Assembly: GCA_016841205.1 (NCBI GenBank)
Contig: JAENZP010000014.1
Coordinates: forward strand, 23,003 to 87,002
DNA: 64,000 nucleotides
Reading direction: 5' to 3'
DNA from: Desulfoscipio geothermicus
GTDB lineage: Bacteria > Bacillota > Desulfotomaculia > Desulfotomaculales > Desulfallaceae
Under the pieces are notes generated by a model. The model saw only the letters and a list, made by a program, of their open reading frames with translations. It was not told the DNA's origin and searched no databases. The position numbers and the translations under genes are program-made. Each line of letters starts with the position of its first letter. Positions within the stretch are counted from its first letter, which is position 1. Below are positions 1 to 8,231 of this stretch, one piece after another.

Positions 1-194
1 TAGCCACGCTATATACTGAGCCAATGACAAAGGGGCAGCTTAGAAACCATTTAACGCAATAAACGAACAGGTAATCTATGTTAAACGCCCCCTTAAAATC
101 TAATCCTTGAAAAGAAGTAAAGCACCAAGGCGCTAGATAACATTAGTAAGCTCCATAACTGGGCCAATTCCGACCCGGTTAATACCGGCCACAT

Positions 195-353
195 TTAGAA
201 CCATCCTTCCCGTGTGGCTACCTCCCAGAGGAATTTCATGCCGGTTATAACAATTAAAATCATCAACAATATAGCTATAATCATTTCTCCGTATGATAAA
301 CTTTGTATTATTTCAAAAACACCGTGAGGTGTTAGAACCTGATATTTAAGCAT
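195..353 (-). CDS. Small single-TM phage protein (52 aa), hypothetical
   Basis: Own translation: MLKYQVLTPHGVFEIIQSLSYGEMIIAILLMILIVITGMKFLWEVATREGWF. Below the 60-aa cut-off of the ORF track. Its stop overlaps the ATG of a second 33-aa hydrophobic ORF (93..194). The SD is weak. Confidence 0.3.
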   Translation of the reverse strand: MLKYQVLTPHGVFEIIQSLSYGEMIIAILLMILIVITGMKFLWEVATREGWF

Positions 354-400
354 TATTTATCCCCACTAATAGAATTACATATCTCTTAATGAAAAACAAT

Positions 401-500
401 GACACGTTTTTGACAACTTTTTGACATGTTTTTAGCACGTTTTTAGTATATTTTTTAATATATTTCTGACACTTTTTTGACACATTTTTGACAAAAAAGC
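401..500. repeat. Nine tandem, helically phased 11-bp repeats (T5-GACA on + strand; TGTCAAAAA on - strand)
   Basis: GACA or variant cores start at 401, 412, 423, 434, 445, 456, 468, 479 and 490, each preceded by a T4-6 tract. The outer six copies are near-perfect and the middle three are degenerate (AGCA/AGTA/AATA). Confidence 0.85.
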
Positions 501-520
501 AACTCCTATATGAGTTGCTT
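493..520 (-). terminator. Rho-independent terminator of the 519..758 gene
   Basis: 9-bp stem AAGCAACTC / GAGTTGCTT (497-505 / 512-520) with a 6-nt loop, followed on the minus strand by a T-run. The stop codon sits inside the stem. Confidence 0.7.
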
Positions 521-758
521 AATTAAATTTAAAAAGCACTTTCAACTTGCATAAAACTTGTAAACGATATCTATAGCATGTTCTCGCTGCAACGCCCATC
601 TTTTCCGCTGTCCTTTCAATTGTTAAACCATTTTTATAATGCAAAATAATAAATTCCTGCAAATAATCTGGAAACCCTTCGGTTAAGTAATTACTTAATT
701 CATTTTCTATTTTACTAAATATCATTTTCTCTTTTTTTAATCCTGCAAGTTGGGCCAT
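519..758 (-). CDS. Small HTH protein resembling sigma-70 region 4; candidate phage late-gene activator (RinA/ArpU-like position)
   Basis: GGAGGG SD 7 nt upstream of the ATG at 758, so the longer track ORF to 818 is probably over-extended. C-terminal HTH LTIERTAEKMGVAARTCYRYRL. Last gene of the early leftward module. Confidence 0.5.
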   Translation of the reverse strand: MAQLAGLKKEKMIFSKIENELSNYLTEGFPDYLQEFIILHYKNGLTIERTAEKMGVAARTCYRYRLQVLCKLKVLFKFN

Positions 759-804
759 ATAAATACCCTCCAGTTTGCATTTGGTTATATAAATACGTAG
801 TATT

Positions 805-960
805 TTAATAGTATGCAAACGCGGCGCGAATGACGGTAGGTGAAAACGTCGGCTCGATAGACTTTATCTGCTGAGCATAATGCATCTCCGCCGCTGCATC
901 TTCAAAAATTTTGAGAAGCTGTTGTTCCCGCTGTTCGTTAAACCACGCTTCTATATCCAT
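805..960 (-). CDS. Hypothetical 51-aa phage protein
   Basis: Own translation MDIEAWFNEQREQQLLKIFEDAAAEMHYAQQIKSIEPTFSPTVIRAAFAYY. Its ATG lies 3 nt after the stop of the upstream DUF2786 gene. Confidence 0.4.
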   Translation of the reverse strand: MDIEAWFNEQREQQLLKIFEDAAAEMHYAQQIKSIEPTFSPTVIRAAFAYY

Positions 961-963
961 GTC

Positions 964-1668
964 TCACAAATCACCAGAGGCCAAGGCCATTTTTTCTTTC
1001 GTTTCCCCTTCTGTGATTTTATCGGAGATACTAAACTTTTCACCATCTTCATGGCCTTTTTCATATGCTTCTGAATGACCTTGAAATTTTGTATTAATAT
1101 TAACTTTCCCTTTACTAAATTTAATTTTGTTATACGCATCAATAACCGCCTGGTCTTTAACTAAAACCAGGCCCCATTCTTGGTTAGTTTTTTTCTGAGC
1201 TTCAAACTTTTGGCGCAAACCATATATAAAACCCATTGCATAGTCATTTTCCAGGCCCCTGGTGCTATAACCATACTTAACGTATTCATATTTAATTCTC
1301 TTAACGGCACTGTCTATACAATCAATCGCATATTCTAAAACTATGTTACATACCGTAATATCTTCTTCCCTACCAAGATAAGTAATAGTGTGCGAATACT
1401 TGGTCTTAAAATAAAGCTCACAACCAAAATTATCTGCAATTAACCTTGCTAAATTTGCCTTCCATTTGGCTTTAGTGAAGGATACTTTAGTAATATTTTC
1501 TTTAATGGCATTATTGGAGATATTAAATTCTTTTACTTCTTTGAGAGAAAGTTTATGTTTTGCTAATAGCTCCTGTGCCTTCAACATGGATAATTCAGCT
1601 TCATGTTTATTACTGCTTTCGCTTAAAGCTAACAGCTTTTTTATTTTTTCTATCAGCTTGGTATCCAA
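964..1668 (-). CDS. DUF2786-type phage protein
   Basis: The N-terminal KIKKLLALSESSNKHEAELSMLKAQELLAKH signature is typical of DUF2786 (recalled, not searched). Confidence 0.65.
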   Translation of the reverse strand: MDTKLIEKIKKLLALSESSNKHEAELSMLKAQELLAKHKLSLKEVKEFNISNNAIKENITKVSFTKAKWKANLARLIADNFGCELYFKTKYSHTITYLGREEDITVCNIVLEYAIDCIDSAVKRIKYEYVKYGYSTRGLENDYAMGFIYGLRQKFEAQKKTNQEWGLVLVKDQAVIDAYNKIKFSKGKVNINTKFQGHSEAYEKGHEDGEKFSISDKITEGETKEKMALASGDL

Positions 1669-1792
1669 ACTAACCCTCCTTTCGTCGTATAGTTAAAATC
1701 GCTTACTTGACAAAATAGTTCATTTTGGCCAATCCACTTGACACGCCATGCAAGTTAAGTAAATTGCCGTTTTCAGCCTATTTGTCAAATAA

Positions 1793-2614
1793 TTAGCTCA
1801 TATATTCTCTGTCCCTGTTTAACCGCTGTTTGGCAATTTCCCGCCTGTAGCTTGTTGCCTTTACTCTTACAAAAACATTCCGTTCCAATAGCCGGTCCGT
1901 GGCCCTTTCACCCAACGCCTCACTTAGTCCATCCGTACCGTCAATAGTATTGCAGTTGGTGGTAATGATAGTGGGTAATCGGTGCCGATACCGGTGGTCG
2001 ATAACGGTAAAGATAAATTCTTCTACCCATTTGGTCTGTTTCTGTGCTCCAATATCATCCAAGGCTAAGCATTTAACACTGTGCAGCCATTCCAGAATTT
2101 GAGCTTCTGTCTCCCTACTGCCGTCGTAGGTTGCTTTCACTCGCTTAAGTAGCTCTGCCACAGGCTGGTAAGTAGCTGATATACCATGGTTAATTAACTC
2201 ATGGATCACCGCTGCAGCCAGATGGCTTTTGCCGTTGCCGTATGTGCCGGCCAAAGTAAAACCAGCTCCGGTTCTAAGGCGATCCTCCCAATTATCCACA
2301 AAGGCATGTGCCACCTGCAAGGCATCTTCGGTACCCTGGCGAGACTTGAAATTGGCAAAAGTTAGTTTCTGTACTGCACCCGTTAATCCGCTATTTTTAT
2401 GGATTAGTTTTTGTCGCTCGTTTTGTTCGTGATTCTTTATTTGTGCCATTTTCCGATCAAACGCCTCTATTTCACATTTGCAGGACAAAACAACCGTTAT
2501 TTGCATACCAAATAACTCTGTGGTTTGTGGAATTTTCTCTTTACCACAATATGGACATTTCTCAATTGATGAATAAGTCGTCGGTGTCTTTTTCAGAGGG
2601 ACCAGCGCGCCCAC
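1793..2614 (-). CDS. DnaC/IstB-like AAA+ helicase loader with N-terminal Cys-rich zinc ribbon
   Basis: Walker A GTYGNGKSHL, Walker B LALDDIG, and an IITTN sensor. N-terminal CPYCGK...CKCE. GTG start with an AGGAGG SD 8 nt upstream. Confidence 0.8.
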   Translation of the reverse strand: MGALVPLKKTPTTYSSIEKCPYCGKEKIPQTTELFGMQITVVLSCKCEIEAFDRKMAQIKNHEQNERQKLIHKNSGLTGAVQKLTFANFKSRQGTEDALQVAHAFVDNWEDRLRTGAGFTLAGTYGNGKSHLAAAVIHELINHGISATYQPVAELLKRVKATYDGSRETEAQILEWLHSVKCLALDDIGAQKQTKWVEEFIFTVIDHRYRHRLPTIITTNCNTIDGTDGLSEALGERATDRLLERNVFVRVKATSYRREIAKQRLNRDREYMS

Positions 2615-3470
2615 TGTTACCGCCTCCTTTAGCTTGAACCAATAGCTTATTTATCTGGGTTTTTAAAACGCCAATAGTATATCCGCTATTTTGTATCCAC
2701 GGGTCCTTACTGGCAAAAAAGCGTCTTATTAGCCATAACAGCTTGTCCAGGTCATGTGTACCTAAAAGCTTTTTAATAACAGCGCCATCTTTAGGACCAT
2801 CAATAACCGGCTTTTCACCGAATTTCTGAACAAACTGATCGTGATAGAAGTCAATCACTTGTTTAATCCGGGGGTCAGTTCTCCGTGCACCCCCCTTTTG
2901 GGGGGTAGGGGGGATATATATTTCTTTAGTATGTCTTTCTATTTTCTTTAGGGATGGCGTCACGCCTTGATTCTCCTGGGCTGGGGCTTGGTTAACCCTT
3001 GTACAATCGTACAACCCTTGTATTGTACATTTGTACAACCCTTGTATTTCACAATCGTTTAACCCTTGCACATTTGTGCAACCCTTATCCCATTGTGCAA
3101 CCCTTGTATTAAAGGTATAGGTAGGAATCTTTCCGGGATCATAGGATGAACGCATTATTATATTCCAATTAACCAGTTGTTTAAGTTGTCTTGACGCATA
3201 CGGCTCACTTGTGTCACAAGCCTGAGCAAACTCCTTGAGGGTTATTTGATCCTCTTTTAGTCCCCAGCCATAGGTCCGTCGCCATAGGAAAAGACAAATG
3301 CCTTTCTGTACCCCGTTTAGCTTGGCCATGGCCAGGGCTTCCAGGAGCAAGTTTGCTATTTTTGTATAGCCGTCCTGAGTATCAGCTTTAAATAACTCCC
3401 GGTCACCCTTCGGCACTGACTTCACCCCTGCTAAATTTCTATCCCACACTTCTTTAGTTTGGTGCGCCAA
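2562..3470 (-). CDS. Phage replication initiator / replisome organizer (winged-helix N-domain), contains the origin iterons
   Basis: The N-terminal segment LFLWRRTYGWGLKEDQITLKEFAQACDTSEPYASRQLKQLV resembles lambda-O/DnaD-type initiators. Sits directly upstream of the loader. The start codon (TTG at 3470) is uncertain. Confidence 0.6.
   Translation of the reverse strand: MAHQTKEVWDRNLAGVKSVPKGDRELFKADTQDGYTKIANLLLEALAMAKLNGVQKGICLFLWRRTYGWGLKEDQITLKEFAQACDTSEPYASRQLKQLVNWNIIMRSSYDPGKIPTYTFNTRVAQWDKGCTNVQGLNDCEIQGLYKCTIQGLYDCTRVNQAPAQENQGVTPSLKKIERHTKEIYIPPTPQKGGARRTDPRIKQVIDFYHDQFVQKFGEKPVIDGPKDGAVIKKLLGTHDLDKLLWLIRRFFASKDPWIQNSGYTIGVLKTQINKLLVQAKGGGNSGRAGPSEKDTDDLFIN
2992..3108. repeat. Six iterons (core AACCCTTG; extended TRYAACCCTTGTA): candidate phage origin of replication
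   Basis: Copies lie near 2992, 3010, 3034, 3059, 3077 and 3096. They encode the repetitive peptide CTNVQGLNDCEIQGLYKCTIQGLYDCT inside the initiator gene. Confidence 0.75.
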
Positions 3471-3600
3471 AATTCTTTGCTAATCCCCTGTTTCCGTTGT
3501 ATCTGACTGGTTTTTAGTAATTAGACACAGCCATAGAATGGATGCTAAAGCCATACCCGTTACAAGTCCCGTTGCTAATCCGGTCGCAAATGTCACTTGG

Positions 3601-3933
3601 TTAACCCACCTTCGGCCCTATGCCCATTTTTTGTGCCAGCTTGATCATTGGCTCCAATGTTTCCTGGAGGAACATTAGTCCTTTTTGGAGTTGTTCAGAG
3701 TTATTATCAACCCATGATTGAATTTCTGAGGTTTGGCGATTGACTTCTTCGGGATCTGTAAAGTCTTTAGTCCTGTATTTAATATCAGTGAAACCGTTAT
3801 TAGATGGATTAGCGCCTATTAGCTCTACTTTTTTACCTGCTTTGCCCTCAAATATACGCACTGCCATGATCACGGCATCCCTAATGTTCTCTGGAACATT
3901 GGGGATTGTTTTTGATAAACCAGGGAAAAACAT
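3601..3933 (-). CDS. Hypothetical phage protein (110 aa)
   Basis: Track ORF co-oriented with the flanking phage genes. No recognisable motif. Confidence 0.5.
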   Translation of the reverse strand: MFFPGLSKTIPNVPENIRDAVIMAVRIFEGKAGKKVELIGANPSNNGFTDIKYRTKDFTDPEEVNRQTSEIQSWVDNNSEQLQKGLMFLQETLEPMIKLAQKMGIGPKVG

Positions 3934-4076
3934 ATCAATGAAATCCTCCTTTTTTATATGAATTGCACTTTTAATATAAAAAAGACAACTAATACGCCAA
4001 ACGCTAATAAGTTAATTATGATTAATTTTTTACTCACGTTTAGACACTCCATCCGCTTGCAAAGTCCTATTGCAGC

Positions 4077-5564
4077 CTAACCATGTTGTGATACTTCCTC
4101 TTGCACCCATACCGCCGTTGGGCTTAGTTCCCATGCACCGGCCTGGTTCACCAACAGCGTTCGCAATATCTGTTTGCCAATCGCTTTGGCCGCAGGCGGC
4201 GGTACCGCATTTCCAATTCTCTCCCGCCACCGGGCATCCGATTTCCCGGCTAGTACCACCGGGCTGCCGTCCGCCATGGATATCGGAAAGCCTTGCAAAA
4301 CTAGCATCTCCCATGTGGTAAGCGGCCTATGCCATGTGCCATCCAGTGAAATTATCACCGGTGGCGGGTCCAGCACTTCCGTGTCCCTTGGTATTCTTGG
4401 GTCGGCTACAGCCGCAGCCCCAGCATGTATATCTCCAGCGCCTATGACCGTCTTTGCTGGTTCATCCCAGCGCATTACTCCATAAGTTCCAGACCTTGGG
4501 TTACATTTAATCCTTGGATCTGCTACCCCAGATATCCCATTACTTCTTCCTGTTCCAGTGCTACCGGTTACGGTGGGAGCAGTATCTTCCCAATGTAGGA
4601 GCTTAAAAGATCCACTTCTTGGAGAGTGATTTAATCTAGGGTCAGCTATGGATATTGCTCCGTTGTTAGGCCTATGGGCTCCGGTAACAGTGGTTGCGGA
4701 ACTATCCCAAGGGATGATCTGATATACATTGGCGTAGCAATCCCGGTTCAGATCCCGCCAGTCTCCGCCAGCCGGAATCAATGCCAACCTAACCCATGTT
4801 TTCCATTGTAGCCGTGGCATCCGGTGCATTGACCCTCCGACCGGATCATCGGGTAATGGTAACGGACCAATGACCTCCCCGATACACTGCACCCGTAATT
4901 TCGGTGGTAAGTAAATAAAATTCATTATCTTTTCTTTGTGCCGGGCGATAAGTAAGTATCGTTTCCTATGCTGCCCCAGGCCGCCCAACTCTCCACAGTC
5001 GTGCGTACCTTCGTGAAAAAGGTACCCGTGGGCGGCCAGCAGGGCCTTTGTTTGGCGTAGCAACCCATCTCCTCGGCTCGTAATTCGGGGGACGTTCTCT
5101 AGCATGATAATGCCCGGCAAATCGTCCCTGAACGCTTCCAAGGCTAACTTAAGACCGCGCACCGTGAGCCTGTTTAATGCTTGGTACTTCTGGCTTTTAG
5201 CGCTCTTTGTGGGCAGTAAGCCGCTAAAGCCCTTACATGGTGGGCTGGTAAATATCACGTCCGGTGCTATCCCCCCGGTGGCCGCTCGTATGTCTGCCGG
5301 TGTCGCCTCCCGCCAATCCTGTGGCGGTTCGTGCCCATGGAAATCCCGGTAGTCCTCGCGGTTGAATAGGTCCATTTGCACAGCCGGTGCACCGGTCAGC
5401 ATTTCAAAGTCGGCACATGCTTCCGGGTCCACGTCGATCCCGGCCAGTGTGATGAAGTTTCCATGCACGCCTTTGTATTCGGATTCTGCTGCTTGCATTC
5501 CTAAAGCCGCGCCTCCAATACCGCAAAATAAATGGAGAACACTAAAAGTTGACTGTTTGTTTAT
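4077..5564 (-). CDS. DNA (cytosine-5)-methyltransferase; start extended upstream of the first ATG
   Basis: Motif IV SPPCKGFS, motif VI ENV, motif X GNAVPPP. Motif I LFCGIGGAALG is encoded upstream of the track ATG (5498). An in-frame TAG lies at 5565-5567 and a GGAGG SD at 5573-5577. Confidence 0.85.
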   Translation of the reverse strand: MNKQSTFSVLHLFCGIGGAALGMQAAESEYKGVHGNFITLAGIDVDPEACADFEMLTGAPAVQMDLFNREDYRDFHGHEPPQDWREATPADIRAATGGIAPDVIFTSPPCKGFSGLLPTKSAKSQKYQALNRLTVRGLKLALEAFRDDLPGIIMLENVPRITSRGDGLLRQTKALLAAHGYLFHEGTHDCGELGGLGQHRKRYLLIARHKEKIMNFIYLPPKLRVQCIGEVIGPLPLPDDPVGGSMHRMPRLQWKTWVRLALIPAGGDWRDLNRDCYANVYQIIPWDSSATTVTGAHRPNNGAISIADPRLNHSPRSGSFKLLHWEDTAPTVTGSTGTGRSNGISGVADPRIKCNPRSGTYGVMRWDEPAKTVIGAGDIHAGAAAVADPRIPRDTEVLDPPPVIISLDGTWHRPLTTWEMLVLQGFPISMADGSPVVLAGKSDARWRERIGNAVPPPAAKAIGKQILRTLLVNQAGAWELSPTAVWVQEEVSQHG

Positions 5565-5646
5565 CTAACCCACCTCCCGAAGTCTGGCGTTAATTGCTGA
5601 TATCAATATTCACTTTATTTTTAACTCCCTTTCATAGGCGCTCGCT

Positions 5647-5826
5647 TCATTCCTCCTTCGGCTTATAATGCCAGCACGGGTCTACCTTAACTCTGCCAAG
5701 CATTGGAGTGTTGAATTCCTCATACTCCAGCCCTTCGCCAGTGCACCACTCGCAATCCGAATATTGACATGCGGCTTGGTCTTCTTTGCATGAGAGACAT
5801 ACGCATTTTGGGTTACATTCGGGCAT
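5647..5826 (-). CDS. Cys-rich small protein (59 aa)
   Basis: GAGGAGG SD 7 nt upstream of the ATG at 5826 (MPECNPKCVCLSCKEDQAACQYSDCEWC...). The longer track start at 5856 overlaps the upstream gene. Confidence 0.5.
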   Translation of the reverse strand: MPECNPKCVCLSCKEDQAACQYSDCEWCTGEGLEYEEFNTPMLGRVKVDPCWHYKPKEE

Positions 5827-5828
5827 CC

Positions 5829-6341
5829 CTACGCCTCCTCTGGTTCCCATTCCCACAGTCCCAGCTTACCTCGGGCCGGTACCGGTTCCGGTAGTGGATT
5901 TACATCCTCCAATATCCAGGCATAACGGCCCGGTGTGTAATCGCCAAAAAGATATTCATAATTATCGGCGATATATCCATGTTCGAGCCATGCCATCATG
6001 CCGTCAGTCTGTTCTACTTTCACACAATCAACTAGGTTACAGGTTAAGATGACCGCGCCATAAGGTAGATTATAAGGATTGTTGGTATGTCGCCCTTGTA
6101 TACGACCTTTGGCAATAGTAGTCAAATAAGCATCCTGCCTAAAATATCCTTTTTTCTTTAATGCTGCCCTAAAAGGCTCTTGATGTGGTAATTCTTTCCA
6201 AAACAGCATATGCCGCATATCTTTTGACGTATGTATCGCCAGCGCTCCCCGGTACTTCGCAGCCCAGGACCTGGTTTCAATTTTCTTGGCCTCGATGGCC
6301 ACCAGCGTGGCCCAAGGCTGTTGTAAAGATATAGCTTTCAC
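5829..6341 (-). CDS. ASCH (PUA-like) domain protein
   Basis: The N-terminal ISLQQPWATLVAIEAKKIETRSW signature is typical of ASCH domains. GTG start overlaps the stop of the upstream ORF. Confidence 0.7.
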   Translation of the reverse strand: MKAISLQQPWATLVAIEAKKIETRSWAAKYRGALAIHTSKDMRHMLFWKELPHQEPFRAALKKKGYFRQDAYLTTIAKGRIQGRHTNNPYNLPYGAVILTCNLVDCVKVEQTDGMMAWLEHGYIADNYEYLFGDYTPGRYAWILEDVNPLPEPVPARGKLGLWEWEPEEA

Positions 6342-6577
6342 ATAGCCACCTTTCCGGACCAGTAAAGCGTTATTATCCTTATGGTCCCTTTAGTCTTGCA
6401 ACAAACGGCAACAACGCCAAAGTGACAGCCGCCCAGGTGAAGGTGAAAATACCGCTTGTGTTTTAGACTTCTTCTCCTCACCTGGTAGGCACATTCAACA
6501 GCCTGCCGTAACCCCTCGTGGGGTATGCAGCGCTGATAACATCTAGCATCAGCATGTAATGTGTATTTTACTTTCAT
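6338..6577 (-). CDS. Hypothetical 79-aa protein (DUF4258-like, tentative)
   Basis: Track ORF. HADARCYQRCIP...IRIITLYW loosely recalls DUF4258. Unverified. Confidence 0.4.
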   Translation of the reverse strand: MKVKYTLHADARCYQRCIPHEGLRQAVECAYQVRRRSLKHKRYFHLHLGGCHFGVVAVCCKTKGTIRIITLYWSGKVAM

Positions 6578-6670
6578 AAAACACCGCCTATAAAAGATGT
6601 TTAACGCACTCTCGGTTTACGTTTGCCGCGCCTGATCCATGCCCATAGGCTTCTTAATTTATTGAGGACA

Positions 6671-7048
6671 TCAAACTTGTGCATATCGTATCTTTTCAAT
6701 TAGCGCACTCCTTTGCCGGTTAAAATCCTCTACAACAGGTGAACGCAGTATATAATTGCGCATGATTTCGCTTAGCCCAGCAGATATTGTGCAGGTATCT
6801 ATGCTGCCACCCATATCCAGAAAATCAGCCACATCCTCCGGGTAAATAATATCCCGGTAGGGTATATAGCCGCATCGGTTTCAGTTTGTAATTGCCACCA
6901 ATACACCGCAGGCGCGGGGAAAAATGAAAACCTGATAGCTTGTCCCATGACCGTATATTTCGTATTCGTTTTCGCTGATATTGCTAACGCGTACGGACCA
7001 TGTTTCATTTTTGTACCGAGCATTGGCTATTAATAGGTTATTAGCCAC
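6671..7048 (-). pseudogene. 125-codon frame with a good SD, interrupted by one in-frame TGA at codon 56 (6881-6883): nonsense pseudogene or recoded gene
   Basis: GGTGGTG SD 6 nt before the GTG at 7048. The frame stays open for 69 more codons after the TGA with no SD or start of its own. The local context is ...AITN-TGA-NRCGY... Confidence 0.4.
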
Positions 7049-7126
7049 TTAAAGCACCACCTGAAATTTATTGATGGCCGGGGCCAGCCCGGCCCAGGAA
7101 GGGAAGTATATAAAAATATACAAGCG

Positions 7127-7300
7127 TTATAAGGTCAAATTTTTTCTAAGTACCGGTTCTTCTTGTCCATTAGGCATTCGGACCTTGTACTGTTCTTTTC
7201 CAGTTGCAGTTATTGTTGGACCATCGACGATAACAAGGGCCACCCCAGGCAAATCCCGGTGTTCAACACAGGTACCCGGATTAAGTATTTTTAAGCACAT
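7127..7300 (-). CDS. Hypothetical 57-aa protein
   Basis: Own translation MCLKILNPGTCVEHRDLPGVALVIVDGPTITATGKEQYKVRMPNGQEEPVLRKNLTL. GGTGG-like SD. Below the track cut-off. Confidence 0.3.
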   Translation of the reverse strand: MCLKILNPGTCVEHRDLPGVALVIVDGPTITATGKEQYKVRMPNGQEEPVLRKNLTL

Positions 7301-7437
7301 ATAACCACCATTTCTAGCCAGTCAGCCGTTATTATTTTGCGTCTTTATAGTTTGATATGTGTTAAATTCAGTGATAAAATATAAGCGAATTATTTTTAGG
7401 CCCTTTTGGGGCTATTTTTTTATGCCGGTCTGTATAT

Positions 7438-8175
7438 TTAGCTAAAACTAGCTTCCGGCTCTTCTTCCGGCTCAACTTCATCCTCTAGGCATTCAGTATC
7501 AATCTCAATATCTGCACGGTTTTGATAAAGTTTCAGTAGATAAAGCTTAAATGAATTCAAATATCTTAATGACTCAATAGAAGAATCAATCTTGTCGTCG
7601 AGGTGCCATTCGTAATCCATGAATTTTGAAAGGTATATTCCACGATTAATATTTTCGTCTTTTTCGCATTCAAAAATAATTCTTGCGTGTTTGAAGCTAC
7701 CCCAATCTCTTTTTTCCTCATACTCCACTTCCATAGTTACAGTTACATCCTCATAGGTCGGTTCCTCGTCGGTATTCACTTGAAGATTACTGGTGTCAAT
7801 ATCACTCGCCACATATTTTTTAAACTGCTCAAAAATATCCGATACTTTAACCACTTTTGGTATATCGCCATCAATCATCAGTTCCTTGAAGTTTTCAAGA
7901 ATTTTCTTGTGGTCCAGGGCTGTTTTTTGAAGAATTTCAGTTAAAACACAATCCAGTTTGACAACATATCTTGAGTAATCGAAAGACTCCAACTGTTTTA
8001 CCATGACCTCTTTGATCTTGCTCTCAATCACCTTGGTAACATCGCCATAGTGCCCAAAAAGATTTTCCAGTGCTTTATTGATGCCTTTTTCGAGGTTTTC
8101 GGCTATTAATCTTTCAACTATGCCTTCCTCTAACTTGGCGGTTATCACATCATTGATTTGCTTTTCTATGCTCAT
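7438..8175 (-). CDS. Acidic hypothetical phage protein (245 aa)
   Basis: Long track ORF with consistent orientation. No recognisable motif. Confidence 0.6.
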   Translation of the reverse strand: MSIEKQINDVITAKLEEGIVERLIAENLEKGINKALENLFGHYGDVTKVIESKIKEVMVKQLESFDYSRYVVKLDCVLTEILQKTALDHKKILENFKELMIDGDIPKVVKVSDIFEQFKKYVASDIDTSNLQVNTDEEPTYEDVTVTMEVEYEEKRDWGSFKHARIIFECEKDENINRGIYLSKFMDYEWHLDDKIDSSIESLRYLNSFKLYLLKLYQNRADIEIDTECLEDEVEPEEEPEASFS

Positions 8176-8231
8176 ATAATTACCTCGCTTTCTACAGTGT
8201 TCATGCTTCCCGTAATGTTTGTACTATGTCA

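Noticed and set aside
401-500. The tandem 11-bp repeats as a possible CRISPR array.
   Set aside because: The units are contiguous, with no spacers, and far too short. No cas genes are present, and no CRISPR array was seen anywhere in the window.
4030-4485. ORFs 4030..4314 (-), 4070..4321 (+) and 4174..4485 (+) overlapping the 3' part of the methyltransferase gene.
   Set aside because: These are Gly/Pro/Ala-rich shadow frames of a GC-rich coding region. The MTase frame carries the conserved motifs IX and X here.
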